The notes under the pieces: model-generated
Databases searched by the model: none
Seen by the model: the letters and a program-made list of their open reading frames with translations, nothing else
What the model was told of the DNA's origin: nothing
Part shown: one piece after another, positions 34,545-45,229 of the stretch
Layout: the number at the start of each line of letters is the position of its first letter
Position numbering within the stretch: the stretch's first letter is position 1
Assembly: GCA_963674945.2 (NCBI GenBank)
Contig: CAXXWQ010000003.1
Coordinates: 2,144,001 to 2,208,000 of the forward strand
Source: an uncultured Desulfosarcina sp.
GTDB lineage: Bacteria > Desulfobacterota > Desulfobacteria > Desulfobacterales > Desulfosarcinaceae
Reading direction: 5' to 3'
DNA: 64,000 nucleotides
Program-made: the position numbers and the translations under genes

Positions 34545-35417
34545 CTATTCAAAATCTATACGTTCCAAGTAGTCCCACTGAATCCCTTCATACCAATCCT
34601 TACCTTTTCCGATGACACCGGAAAGTCCTACTATATGATTGTCTATTTCAAAACTTTTTTTATCTCCGGTTTTTAATTGAACGTCGCACAAAACCGAACT
34701 GCGGCTGCCATCTTCTATTTCTATTGTCTTAATATTTTTTGTTGGCACCGTTATTGTTGATTCATTATGTGTCAAAATAAATTCGGTGGGTCTGAAATCA
34801 GTGAGTTGCCTTTTAGTCCCATCGTTTAATGTTACAATTGCAGTTAATGATGATTTCGCCTTAATGTCGATGTTTTGAAAATCGGGAATAATAACTGAAT
34901 CTCCAAAACGACCAATTTCTGCCTTGAATTCTCCGGAGCCGAATGCGCCTAAATCTTCTTCACCGGAAATTTTAATTGGATACTTGTACGCGAATATTGG
35001 TTCGCGTTTGTCTTTGAAAAAAATTTTAGCGATGTCACTATTTTTGAAAATTATTTCAGAAATATCGTGTGCGGGAATAAATACTTTGAAACGACCTTTA
35101 CACAATGAATGACAATAATAACGACTTTTATCTCGCTTATAATCATAACCAGGGGTCAGTATTTTTGAATCCAAGGCAAAAGTCAGACAACCGTCCAAAT
35201 CTATTTCGAATTTTTCATATAGATAATTATAATTAGCGCCCATTTTCGCTGAGTTCAAAGAATGCTTTTTCCCATCTTTCGTAACAACTAAATTCTTTTG
35301 GAATGATAAAAAATAATCTCTATAGGAACTTCTCGGTACATAAACAATCTGGCCGGCTTCCAATGCCGAAACGAAAATTGCAGACAGAAATAGAACGCAT
35401 GTTAAAAAAATACGCAT
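34545..35417 (-). CDS. Cassette: hypothetical secreted protein
   Basis: SD GAGGAGG, signal peptide, about 290 aa AT-rich ORF. Confidence 0.75.
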   Translation of the reverse strand: MRIFLTCVLFLSAIFVSALEAGQIVYVPRSSYRDYFLSFQKNLVVTKDGKKHSLNSAKMGANYNYLYEKFEIDLDGCLTFALDSKILTPGYDYKRDKSRYYCHSLCKGRFKVFIPAHDISEIIFKNSDIAKIFFKDKREPIFAYKYPIKISGEEDLGAFGSGEFKAEIGRFGDSVIIPDFQNIDIKAKSSLTAIVTLNDGTKRQLTDFRPTEFILTHNESTITVPTKNIKTIEIEDGSRSSVLCDVQLKTGDKKSFEIDNHIVGLSGVIGKGKDWYEGIQWDYLERIDFE

Positions 35418-35531
35418 TTGTATTTCCTCCTCAGTAAAAAGCAAATCCTTCTTGTCGAATATTTTGTCTTTATCTGTACATGCTGCTTAAAACAGACACT
35501 TCGGGGAGTACCCCCCCATCAGCTGCACAGA

Positions 35532-35960
35532 TTATTGATCAAATGTGAGCAGCATCATCCCACACTCTTTTATGATATCAGTGAGAATTTTTTCACTAGT
35601 GATCTTAGTTATAAGAAATTCGCGTTTTTTTACGATGATTTCCAAAAAACGTTTTTCGCGATTTGTAAAATCATAATAGAGTTTTTCGATCAATTTCTCA
35701 TCTGCAATTTTCGAGACACAATATTTAAATGAATCCATTGGACCGACGATTCTGGCAATATCAAATCGTAATTCCTCATTATCAATTGAATCTATGACTG
35801 CTTTAAATGTACTGTGATTCTTCACACACAAAGCCAGATTTAATAAACGTACTTGGTCCTTTATTCCTTTAAAAGCTACGACCAACGATTGATGATCTTG
35901 GGTGGCGACTTTAATATCATTAATTTCCAGTATGATCGTTTCGCTTGAAATATTTTTCAT
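35532..35960 (-). CDS. Hypothetical protein (probable cassette gene)
   Basis: 142 aa AT-rich ORF co-oriented with the array. Confidence 0.6.
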   Translation of the reverse strand: MKNISSETIILEINDIKVATQDHQSLVVAFKGIKDQVRLLNLALCVKNHSTFKAVIDSIDNEELRFDIARIVGPMDSFKYCVSKIADEKLIEKLYYDFTNREKRFLEIIVKKREFLITKITSEKILTDIIKECGMMLLTFDQ

Positions 35961-36250
35961 CGCCCAAAATCTGTTTAAGTTATCTGTGTCGTTTCTTGCT
36001 ATCCACTCTAATTTTTTTGGTCATTCAGAGATTTAATAGCCTCCAGTCGAACAAAACTGCAGCTATGCTTCCACTTTGGTCGTAAAAAGACTCGCTTTTT
36101 TGAAATAGCGGAATTTTTTCCGGCCAAATTTGAATCACATAAGTTGAATTCGGTGTTGGACCCTGTTTACCAAGTTCAATTGTGAAATTGTCATTTGGGT
36201 TTTTCAATATCCATCCTGGCTCATTAAACGGAGTAAAGTCATGACACACG

Positions 36251-36293
36251 AGCGCAGCGGAATTTGCATCCGAGTTAATTTGCTTGGTTCGCT
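36251..36293 (-). other. Half attC (R'' arm only)
   Basis: AGCGCAGCGGAATTTGCATCCGAGTTAATTTG matches the attC at 30538; other arm missing. Confidence 0.6.
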
Positions 36294-36789
36294 TCCGTTA
36301 CATATAATACAAAAGAAACCGGTTTCCCTTCCATCTGGAAATTTTCAGCGATGAATTCAATTTTTTTCAATAACGTAAATCCATTTTCTTTTATTAAATC
36401 CAAGATATAAAACTGACTATGTTTATACGTAATGAGGCCGTTTTTACCACGCGGTTTTTCTATGATTTTCGGTTTAGACGGGTCAATATTTTCTTCGATA
36501 ATAAATGCCCATATCCCTTTATCTTTGATTATTCTGGATATTTCTTCAAAGAGATTATCTACTCTTTCAATAAAGTATAATATGGCATTTGCGCTGATAT
36601 GATCAAAAAAATCAGTAGGGTATGGCCATGGTGTATCATTCAAGTCTAACTGTTTTAAGTCTACCGTGATATCTTTTTGCCTGCAAACCTCTAACATCTC
36701 ATTGGAATAGTCAAGACCATATACATCTAAACCCAAAGTATAAAAACCGGTTGCACTCAACCCTGTTCCTATGCCGATGTCTAAAATTT

Positions 36790-38355
36790 GTACGCATTCA
36801 CAGGGTAACACCCATTGGATTAAATCCAGGAAAGGTTTGGCTCTAAATTTCGAAAATAGGAAGTAATGCACTCCACGAGAAAAGGAAAAGTCTGCTTTGC
36901 TTGTAAGCGACAGGTTTCTTTCAGTGACAATATCCGCTCAACCCAACGGTTTCCTTTCTCGCTTTGGGTGCCAAGGCTTCGTTTCCGCCACAATACACCA
37001 AAGCGTAGCGCTCTTTCGGCACGATTGTTTGTGGGATCGACGCCCTTGTGATCCATAAACACCCATAGGTTGTTCATTTCCCGGATGATCTGCCGAGCGA
37101 GTTTTCCTGCATCCGTTTTATCGGGTTCCCAAAGGGACACGGTAAACAAGAAGAATGTATAAAAATCCGACCATTGCTTTGGGTCGGGTGGCTCTTTGGC
37201 AAACGATACCAGTTGTCTCAACCAAGCGGCGACGATTTCTCCGAAGCGACGTAAATCCGGCTTCTTTCTCTCCGCCAGAGAATCGGCCTTACGGATTAGA
37301 TGAGCCAGGCACGTCTGGCGGTGAACCCATTTTTGATACAGGCCGTAACCGTCGCTGACCAGAATGCCGTTCCAGTCCTGGATGAGTGCTTCGAAAGCCA
37401 CCTTGGAGCGATGCGGGTCTATGCGATAGAAAGCAACCCGCTCGTTGACCATGGCCCACAGCCAGTGCAGATCGTTTTCTGTAAACCAGGAGGTCTCATC
37501 GATATAATTGCACCAGAAACTTCTGGCGATACCCCCGATACGTTCATACACAGGCAAAATCGCCATTGAAGTGCGGTCAACGATTTTTTGGATCGTCCCC
37601 GTAGCAATGGGAATGTCTAACACAGAGTCGCATAACTGCTTTACGTCCATTCGGCTCATCCCTTTAATACCGCTTAATTCACCAACAAATGCGGTAAATC
37701 GGGGACCGTATCCGCTCGACAGGGCAGATGGCAGCTTGGCTTTGACAACCTTCCCGCAATTGGGGCAATCGCACTTGTGCAGAATATAGTGGCTGACTTC
37801 CATTTCGATTTTGGGAAGTTCGATCTGTTGATGGGTGTAAAAAGGCTTCATCTTTTCCTGATCGAACACCGAATGACCACAACTGCAGCATTTTGGCATC
37901 AACGAATGTTGCTTTGTCGGCTCGAGCAGTTGTTGCTGGTGCGGTTTGTGTCCTTTTTGTCCGCCTTTGGATCGCTTGCTCTTTTTCTGTTTTCTTTTCT
38001 GCTTGCTAAAAGGCGGATCGGATGAGGGCGGTTTACTGGAATTACGAGAATTCATTTTGGTCTGGACTTCAAGTTTCTCTATGCGTTTTTCATGGGTCTC
38101 AACCCATTTTTGCATATCATGAAGCGCCTGTTCCAGATATAGGATGTAATTTCTCACCGCCTCTGGTGTCAGTTGCCAATCGAGTTCTGAAAATGGTCTT
38201 TTGAGTGCCATGAAAAGCACTCTAACATAGTTAAAAGAAAAAATCTAGATTTATTTTAAATTATTTCAGGCAGTTACGGTGCACACAATTTATGCTTTGT
38301 TTTCAATGGGTTAAAGGCCATGATGTCAGCCCTAAAATGCCCCGTGAACGGTTAC
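36790..38355 (-). mobile_element. Single-ORF IS66 (ISBst12-like group)
   Basis: Ends GTAACCGTTCAC / GTACGCATTCAC; 8-bp TSD TAAAATTT. Confidence 0.9.
36820..38211 (-). CDS. IS66 transposase
   Basis: NSRNSSKPPSSD, IDET, SDGY, CLAHL, PTNNRAERALR. Confidence 0.92.
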   Translation of the reverse strand: MALKRPFSELDWQLTPEAVRNYILYLEQALHDMQKWVETHEKRIEKLEVQTKMNSRNSSKPPSSDPPFSKQKRKQKKSKRSKGGQKGHKPHQQQLLEPTKQHSLMPKCCSCGHSVFDQEKMKPFYTHQQIELPKIEMEVSHYILHKCDCPNCGKVVKAKLPSALSSGYGPRFTAFVGELSGIKGMSRMDVKQLCDSVLDIPIATGTIQKIVDRTSMAILPVYERIGGIARSFWCNYIDETSWFTENDLHWLWAMVNERVAFYRIDPHRSKVAFEALIQDWNGILVSDGYGLYQKWVHRQTCLAHLIRKADSLAERKKPDLRRFGEIVAAWLRQLVSFAKEPPDPKQWSDFYTFFLFTVSLWEPDKTDAGKLARQIIREMNNLWVFMDHKGVDPTNNRAERALRFGVLWRKRSLGTQSEKGNRWVERILSLKETCRLQAKQTFPFLVECITSYFRNLEPNLSWI

Positions 38356-38520
38356 TAAAATTTTATCTTTCGTTTTCAAATACTCAAATATCATTCCAAG
38401 CAAAATTTCAGATCCGTACCAATTTTGTTTTCCCACTAAATCATCATACCTTAAAGCGAATTCATTATTAAAAAACAGATTACTTTCTTTTTTCATTGCA
38501 ATTCCATTACATTCATAGCA

Positions 38521-38589
38521 AGCTAAAGCCAGCATCACCAGCCGGTGTGGAGCGGCAGCGTAACACCGGTCTGAGTGAATGCAGTCGCT
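38521..38589 (-). other. Degenerate attC (both cores mutated)
   Basis: Interior resembles attC 46523-46595; cores read AGCTAAA and GTCGCT. Confidence 0.65.
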
Positions 38590-38719
38590 TCTTGGACTTT
38601 CGTTTAGATACTTTTAAACTGAATTTCAATTAAAAAACCACTCTAACGCCGACAATATTAAGTAAAAGGTCATCCGTTCCAAAAAATTGAGACCAATATG
38701 CATCAACTTGTATGTTTTT

Positions 38720-40375
38720 CCTGTTTCCGTGGCACAAAACCTGATTAAAACACTATAACCAATTGATAAAACATATATATTATGGTAATATTAGGGCACT
38801 AAACGCTCACTTCGGAGGTGAAATCAATGCGGCGTCCGATCACCATAAAACACGAGATGGAAAAACTTGCCAGTCATAGCGGATTGATCAATATCGGCGC
38901 ATTACTTGATGCGATAAATTTCAGGTTCCGTTTCGAAAAGATCAACGGCGTCCATTGTGTAGACCCGAAAATTTCTCATGGTGACATTTTAGCTTCGATG
39001 ATTGCTCTCATGAGTATTGGTAAACCTGATTACGATGCGATCGAGATTTTTCGTGAGAAGCAAGAATTTTTCAACAAGGCCATTGGCAATCGTGCATGCC
39101 CGTCAAGCCCGACATTGCGTCAGCGAATCGATTTGATCGGCAACCAAGCCGATAAGCTGATTAAGGATGCAGGCGTTGATTTGGTTCGATCCTGCGCTCC
39201 GGCGATTTCACCCATCCAAACCAGTGCGGGTGATTTCCTTCCTTTGGATATGGATGTGAGTCCGTTTGACAACTCAAAGACTCAAAAGGAAGGCGTTTCC
39301 AGAACCTACAAAGGCACGGATGGCTTCGCTCCGATCTTTGCCTACCTGGGCACCGAGGGGTATCTGGTGAATCTTGAGTTCAGAGAAGGAAAACAACACT
39401 GCCAGAAAAACACCCCCGAATTTATCAACGCCACCTTGGATTATGCCAGGCAAATTACCGATCAGCCTATTTTGATGAGGTTGGATTCAGGAAACGACAG
39501 TCAAGACAACTTTCCTGACGATTCACGAAAGAATGTCCACTTTATCATCAAACGCAATTTGCGTAGAGAATCTGTTCAAAAGTGGGTTGATCTGGCAAAA
39601 AAATCCGGCAAGCAACAGCATTGCCGCTCAGGAAAATGTGTATGGATCGGAAAGACGATTGAAGACATCAACGGCAATCCATTGCGCTACCCAATCATCT
39701 TTGAGGTTACCGAAAGGCATACCAAAAAGGGCCAAGTACTGCTGTTCCCCGAGTATCAGATCGATACCTATTGGTGCAGCCTCGCACAGTTGCCACCGGA
39801 TGAGGTGATTCGACTTTATCACGATCACGGTACCAGCGAGCAGTTTCACTCCGAACTCAAATCCGACATGGGCCTGGAGCGCTTGCCGAGCGGTCATTTT
39901 TCCACCAATAGCTTGATTCTTCATTTGGCGATGCTGACGTACAACATGCTACGGATTATCGGACAAATCAGCATCGAAGAGAGTGATCCGACTGAATTGC
40001 CCGGTATACGCCGGAAGAAAGTTACCCGGCGTCGAATCCGGACAGTCATGCAGGACTTGATGTATATGGCCGGTCGATTAGTAACCAGAAGTAGAAAATG
40101 GTACATATCCTTTGGCCAACTCAATCCATTTTCCAAACTGATGGATCGGATTTATCTTCGTCTGAATTTGCTTTCCGCTATGAAGTAGCTATAATTTTTA
40201 AAAGAACAATTTTACAGGCATTTGCTTGGTGATTTGCTATGGCTAAAGAATGAGAAACAGGAGCAAAATTCCTTCGAAATTTGAAAATAGTGAGAAAAAT
40301 TATCAACAAATGATGGTGTGTGAGGCAATCGCCCCGCGCCAATCCTAACAGCAAAAATTAGGCCACTGATTCAGG
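38720..40375 (+). mobile_element. IS1380-family element, copy 2
   Basis: Same ends, length and protein as copy 1; TSD TTTTT. Confidence 0.92.
38818..40188 (+). CDS. IS1380-family DDE transposase
   Basis: Identical translation to 25523-26893. Confidence 0.92.
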   Translation: MKSMRRPITIKHEMEKLASHSGLINIGALLDAINFRFRFEKINGVHCVDPKISHGDILASMIALMSIGKPDYDAIEIFREKQEFFNKAIGNRACPSSPTLRQRIDLIGNQADKLIKDAGVDLVRSCAPAISPIQTSAGDFLPLDMDVSPFDNSKTQKEGVSRTYKGTDGFAPIFAYLGTEGYLVNLEFREGKQHCQKNTPEFINATLDYARQITDQPILMRLDSGNDSQDNFPDDSRKNVHFIIKRNLRRESVQKWVDLAKKSGKQQHCRSGKCVWIGKTIEDINGNPLRYPIIFEVTERHTKKGQVLLFPEYQIDTYWCSLAQLPPDEVIRLYHDHGTSEQFHSELKSDMGLERLPSGHFSTNSLILHLAMLTYNMLRIIGQISIEESDPTELPGIRRKKVTRRRIRTVMQDLMYMAGRLVTRSRKWYISFGQLNPFSKLMDRIYLRLNLLSAMK

Positions 40376-41121
40376 TTTTTGCTAAATTCCATTGTTGTTC
40401 CGATCTGATACGCTGCTCCAAATGACCGAACAGTAGTGGACACCGTTGCGTAGTAAGCGTAAGATCCGCCACCGTCATTTCCGCTTATCCACGCATTATC
40501 AAGATATTTAAATGCACCAGCTGATATACCAGCGGATAAGTATGGATTAAGTTTGCGCTTTGGGCGGATATTATATTTCACATATCCGTCTCCTTTAATT
40601 CCTTCAGCATTGTCATTCTCTGAAACAGAAAAGCCGGCGTTTAGACCGTAGGAAAAATAATTTCCGAAAGTATATTCGGTTCCTAATGAATATAGACCGA
40701 CAAACGTATCTCCATCGATTCCCTTACTAAGCACGACTGCGTCTATGCCAATCAAAACGCGAAATTGCCCTGCATGTGCTACTGAAGCAATAAAAATAAG
40801 AAAAAAAACTGAAATTAGATATTTCATGCTTGCGATAGACTTTCATTTTTAAAGCGAACGGTTGAGTTGAGACGCGCGCGTTTTTTGCGTGTCGATTCTC
40901 AAACGATTTGTGTGTGCCGGGCACGGCACGTGTTCTTAAGGGTGCGATGGGCCAAGCATACCCTTTGTTCTATGGCTCATCAAGTCCCAAATCCAGGTCA
41001 TCGCCAATAAAGGCGCCTCCGGTGTCGATGGCATGACCACCAAGCAACTTAAGGGATACCTTAAGCGATACTGGTCCAAAATCAAGCAGGACCTGATAGA
41101 TGGGACCTACCGTCCCTTACC

Positions 41122-41622
41122 GTGAAGCTCAAGCTCAAGGTAAACGAAGAGAAAAGTGCAGTGAGTCGGCCGTGGCTACGCAAATTCCTGGGATTTACCT
41201 TCATCAGTATGTGCGGCCAGACCAAGATCCGGATTCACCAAAAGACCATATCACGCTTCAAGGACCGAGTCCGGGAATTGACTGACCGCAATTGCGGGAA
41301 AAGTCTGGACCAGATCATAAAGGGGCTGAATCAGTATCTCATCGGATGGTGGAATTATTATCGCCTGACGGAAGCGAGGTACATATTCAAATCCCTGAAA
41401 GTCTGGATCATCCGTAGATTGCGGTGCACCGTCTGGAAACAATGGAAAAACCGGAGGACCAGGGTCCGAAATCTGGAAAAACTTGGAATTTCTCATCGGA
41501 ATGCCATGCTATGCGGGAACGCCCGTAAAAAGTACTGGCGCATGAGTAAGGTCAAGTGGGTGGTATTTGCTCTATCCGATCGCTACTTCTTCGAACGAGG
41601 ACTGTTCCTGCCTGCTCAATAA
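41122..41622 (+). pseudogene. Intron RT/maturase C-terminal fragment
   Basis: KLKVNEEKS, KFLGF, GWWNYY, WIIRRLR..WKQWK. Confidence 0.88.
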
Positions 41623-41637
41623 ACTTCCTGATCAGCC

Positions 41638-41712
41638 GAACCGCCTTGGTACGCGATCCGTATGCCGGGTGGTCTGGGAGGGGGTAGCCGTGAGGCTACT
41701 CCCTATCCCGAT
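41638..41712 (+). ncRNA. Group II intron domains V-VI (class C type)
   Basis: GAACCGCCTTGGTACGCGATCCGTATGCCGGGTGGTCTGGGAGG with CGC triad; DVI stem; AT end. Confidence 0.85.
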
Positions 41713-41728
41713 TGAGATATCTCTGCTA

Positions 41729-42148
41729 TTAACCCTTTAATATTGAAACCTTGCTGCGTTTTGCAGCTGCCAATAAATTTTTATCAAGCGTGGCAATGGG
41801 CAATCCTTTTCTCATAGAGAGGTCCAAATATGAAGCATCGTAGCTTGACAGGTTATGCTGACGAGCTAATGCAAAAATTTCTTTAATCATCCTTTCTGGC
41901 GATTCTTGCTCTACAATTATTGGAAGTTCAGTAAGCAGGGCGATGAAACGTGTGCTATCCGCCTCACCTATTCGTTTTTTTCGCTCAGCCACTAATAATA
42001 CATTGGTAACTTCTAAAGGCCAAATAGATGGGACGAACGCGGTGGCGCTTTCAAGCCTATCTAGTATTAAATCAGTGTATTGACTGTCTTCATCCTTAAA
42101 ACACCACGTCATAACCACTGAATTGTCAACAACGAAATCATCGCTCAT
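41729..42148 (-). CDS. vapC: VapC/PIN toxin
   Basis: VVDNS, E, YDASYL, ATLD PIN acidic residues. Confidence 0.9.
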   Translation of the reverse strand: MSDDFVVDNSVVMTWCFKDEDSQYTDLILDRLESATAFVPSIWPLEVTNVLLVAERKKRIGEADSTRFIALLTELPIIVEQESPERMIKEIFALARQHNLSSYDASYLDLSMRKGLPIATLDKNLLAAAKRSKVSILKG

Positions 42149-42394
42149 TTATCGCCTTCCTTCTTCAATCATTTCGCGAATTGAAAGCCCTTTAAGGGTA
42201 TGTTTATCACGAAATTTTCGTATTTCAGCGATAACCTTGCTTGGTTCAGTCCTTTTTGAAGACATAGGTGGCTGCAGAACAGCAACTGGCACACCATGTT
42301 TTGTAATTGTTATCCGTTCGCCTTTGATTACACGCTCAAGCAATTTGGGTAAATGCGTTTTGGCTTCGTATGCACCAATGGTTTCCATAATCAA
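42149..42394 (-). CDS. Phd/YefM antitoxin
   Basis: EAKTHLPKLL..GERITITKHGVPVAVL. Confidence 0.9.
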   Translation of the reverse strand: MIMETIGAYEAKTHLPKLLERVIKGERITITKHGVPVAVLQPPMSSKRTEPSKVIAEIRKFRDKHTLKGLSIREMIEEGRR

Positions 42395-42425
42395 TCTCCT
42401 TATATCAAAAGACTAGTTTTAGACC

Positions 42426-42454
42426 AGTCTAAAACAGACCATTCAACATGTCAA
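42426..42454 (-). promoter_or_regulatory. Sigma-70 promoter of TA cassette
   Basis: TTGACA-17 bp-TAGACT overlapped by palindrome TTTAGACCAGTCTAAA. Confidence 0.7.
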
Positions 42455-42491
42455 GTTTCGCCTTTATTCTATCGGAGCTATTTGATGTGGT

Positions 42492-42621
42492 GCCGAACGC
42501 TTCATTTCACCCGGGCGCAGGTATGGAATTTTAAGAGTTTTGAGATGGAAAAAGCATCAATGAAACTACGATTTTTAGAAATGCCACGCCCCCTGCGCTC
42601 GGGTGAAATTGTTTGTTGAAC
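42492..42621 (-). other. attC site (130 bp)
   Basis: GCCGAAC..ATTTCACCCGGGCGCAGG...CCTGCGCTCGGGTGAAAT..GTTGAAC. Confidence 0.85.
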
Positions 42622-42714
42622 GAAGCCGCTAACGCGGCGGAAAAAAACTTCAAATCCTGTATACTTTCCGTAACCGTCCAATTTCGGACGATTATAACAC
42701 GAAGGGAGTATACC

Positions 42715-43342
42715 ATGGACAAGAAAGAAACCAAACGATTCGACAAACTGTATCAGCGTCATTTGCAAATGCTCAATCTCCAGGGCAAGAGCGAAAAGAC
42801 CCGGGAGGCATACGCAAGATCCGTCCGGCGGTTGCGGGATCATTTCGATTGCTGCCCGGACAAGCTCACTCCCAAGCAATTGGAATCCTATTTCGCCCAA
42901 CTTGTGGAAACCCATTCCTGGAGCACGGTTAAACTCGATTGCTATGGGTTCAAATTCTTTTGGAAGTTCGTGCTCGAAAAAGACATGCAATGGATCAATA
43001 TCGTTCATCCGAAATTATTGTTTCCAAACGTAAGCGGCCCCATTGATCGAATCAAATATGCAAAAAATCATATGGATATGGGCGGCACGCAAAAGGCCAT
43101 GAAAGTGGTTGTACAGGAATGCGGCATTAAAAAAAGCCTCCATCCATTCGCTTCGCCACAGCTATGCCACCCATCTTCTGGAACGTGGCCTGAGCCTGCG
43201 TCATATCCAGCTCCTTTTGGGCCATGCCAACTCGAACACCACCGAACGATACACCCAACTCACCGAGATTTCCGAAAAAGATAGCATGTCCACCATCAAT
43301 TCCCTGGTCAACTCCATACATGTTGATTTCAAGAAGGTGTGA
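42715..43342 (+). pseudogene. Tyrosine recombinase, internal deletion and frameshift
   Basis: SAM-like N-terminus; [21 protein letters not shown] in a second frame; box I missing. Confidence 0.85.
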
Positions 43343-44382
43343 TCATGGAACTGGCCAAGATTTTCCATCAATACCGGCAACCCTTCATGCGTAAGTATGG
43401 AGACTTTCTTTCACACGATCAGGTCAAAGCCTTCAACAATATTTTGGAATGCAGGACCGTCGAATCCGGTGAAGTAGCGGTATCGTGTTCCAGTTGTTCT
43501 CACATCGAATGGAAGCCCTTGTCATGCGGAAATCGCAACTGCCCCAAATGTCAGAACCATAACGCATCCCAATGGATCGACCGTCAGATGAACATACTAT
43601 TGCCGGTGCGTTACTTCATGATCACATTTACCTTACCGTTTAAGTTTCAGGCATTGGCAGGGCGTTTGCCTAAACAAATCTACTCCTTGTTCTTTTTATG
43701 CGTTGCCGGCGTTCTCAAGGATTTCGCATCGAACCCCAAACACCTGGGGGCTGAAATCGGGATGACCATGGTGCTGCACACCAACAGTCGCAGTTTAGAT
43801 TACCATCCCCATATTCATGTGATCGTACCAGGCGGCGGCATCGTTCGTTCCAGAAAGCAGTGGAAAAAGAAAAAGGGGAAATATCTGTTTAAACAGGATA
43901 ACCTCGCCAATGTCTTTCGCGCTCGCTTTTTGACGGAGCTGAGAAAATGCGGTTTTTCCATTCCAACGGCCCCTTTCGAATGGATCGTCGACTGTCGGCA
44001 GGTCGGGAAAGGCGCCGGTGCCGTCAAATACCTTTCCAAGTATTTGTAAAAAGGCGTGATCAGCGAAAAGAACATCGTTGCAAACGAAAACGGCAAGGTC
44101 ACTTTTCGGTATATCGAAAGTGAGACCAAAACCGAAAAATACCGTGCTCTGCCCGGCGAGGATTTCATTTACCTGATTATACAGCATGTCCTCCCCAAGG
44201 GCTTTCGCAGAGTGCGAGATTACTGTTTCCTGCACGGCAATGCAAAAAAGCTCCTGTCGCTGGTCCAGCTGGTTTTGCATGTGGTTATTCAGGAAATTGG
44301 GCTTCGCGCTCGTCCGTCGTTCAAATGCTCCCGGTGCAAATCGCCGATGGTAGTCATCGGGTTTCGGTTAAGACCGGGATAA
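43339..44382 (+). pseudogene. IS91-family transposase with premature stop at 44047-44049
   Basis: SCGNRNCPKC, HPHIH (HUH), YLSKY, QHVLPKGFRRVR. Confidence 0.88.
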
Positions 44383-44589
44383 CCGCCACATCGGCAAAGA
44401 ACTGCCGTTCATGGTAAATACAGGAGGACTTGCCGACCTTATGGAAAACATGGTTGACCATTATGCCTGTGCAAGGCAGTCGCACAAGTACGCCCAAAAA
44501 AAGCTTCGATTTTCAAAGAGCCGTATCTCCTACCTTCTCCCGAAATAGATATTTCCTTTATAAATAGATCATCCTTTAATATCGGGCTT

Positions 44590-44652
44590 GTTCAACAACC
44601 GGATAAGATCGTGGCTCGCTTCGCTCTCACGATCTATCCTTATTCGTTATGT
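44590..44652 (-). other. attC site
   Basis: GTTCAAC..GGATAAGATCGTG...CACGATCTATCC..GTTATGT. Confidence 0.85.
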
Positions 44653-44660
44653 TCTTTTGT

Positions 44661-45197
44661 TTACCAATAAACGGGGTCATTGAATTCCTTAACGCACCCG
44701 GGTCGTTCATTAATAGTTGGAATTGGCTCTCCCGTTAAAGATTGGCCAAGCCAGCCAAAAGGCATTGAAAGCTTTAACGGAGCCTGAATTACATTTTCTG
44801 AAAGTACCTGAAATCCCACCTTTGAATAAAAGGATGGATCTCCATATGTGACAGCAACATTAACAGAGCGCTTTTTGAGCTCATTAAGCCCGTAATTGAT
44901 TAGCGCCTGTCCGATGCCTTTTCCCTGATATTCAGCGCTTACTGCAACTGGGGCAAGCATGTAAACCTGCGTAGGCTTACTAAACTGAAGGCGAGTGAAG
45001 AAAATAGAACTGATGAACGTTTCATTTTCATATACGCCGAAACAGATTATTTCCTGATCGTCGATGTTTGACGCCAACTGTGAAGAAAGGTTGCCAATCA
45101 ATTTTCCTTCCTTTTCACCCTCCGATGAAGTGAATACAGAAGTGAATAGATCTTCTACTTCTTTTTGTTTTGATTTGTCCAGAATTCGGTGAATCAT
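44661..45197 (-). CDS. Cassette: GNAT acetyltransferase
   Basis: LAPVAV..YQGKGIGQAL, YGDPSFYSKVGF. Confidence 0.9.
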   Translation of the reverse strand: MIHRILDKSKQKEVEDLFTSVFTSSEGEKEGKLIGNLSSQLASNIDDQEIICFGVYENETFISSIFFTRLQFSKPTQVYMLAPVAVSAEYQGKGIGQALINYGLNELKKRSVNVAVTYGDPSFYSKVGFQVLSENVIQAPLKLSMPFGWLGQSLTGEPIPTINERPGCVKEFNDPVYW

Positions 45198-45229
45198 GCC
45201 TTACCTTTCAAGATTACTGCGCTTATCGC

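Larger units (their letters stand above)
36275..38496 (-). pseudogene. Cassette: class I SAM methyltransferase split by IS66
   Basis: MKKES...DKIL|DIGIGTG rejoins in frame (215 aa) after IS removal. Confidence 0.85.
38630..40827 (-). pseudogene. Cassette: outer-membrane beta-barrel protein split by IS1380
   Basis: Signal peptide; rejoined 178 aa ORF ends ...VGVRVVF (terminal Phe). Confidence 0.75.
40912..41712 (+). mobile_element. Group IIC-attC intron, both ends present, internally deleted
   Basis: 5' GTGTGCCGGGCACGGC; RT fragments; domain V/VI ending CCCTATCCCGAT. Confidence 0.88.
40853..41717 (-). other. attC interrupted by group IIC intron
   Basis: AGCGAAC...TTGT|intron|TGAGA; intron removal restores TTGTTGAGA. 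Confidence 0.75.
42622..44589 (+). mobile_element. IS91-family unit (tyrosine recombinase + Y2 HUH transposase), decayed
   Basis: Two coupled ORFs; right end abuts CTTG/GTTC; no TSD. Confidence 0.8.

Noticed and set aside
35455..35535. Possible attC between the 34545 and 35532 genes
   Set aside because: A weak stem is present (ATCTGT..GCTG/CAGC..ACAGAT) but no convincing AAC/GTT cores; too degenerate to call.
36275..36871. 198 aa methyltransferase ORF as an intact gene
   Set aside because: Its first ~27 residues derive from the IS66 end; the true N-terminus is at 38496.
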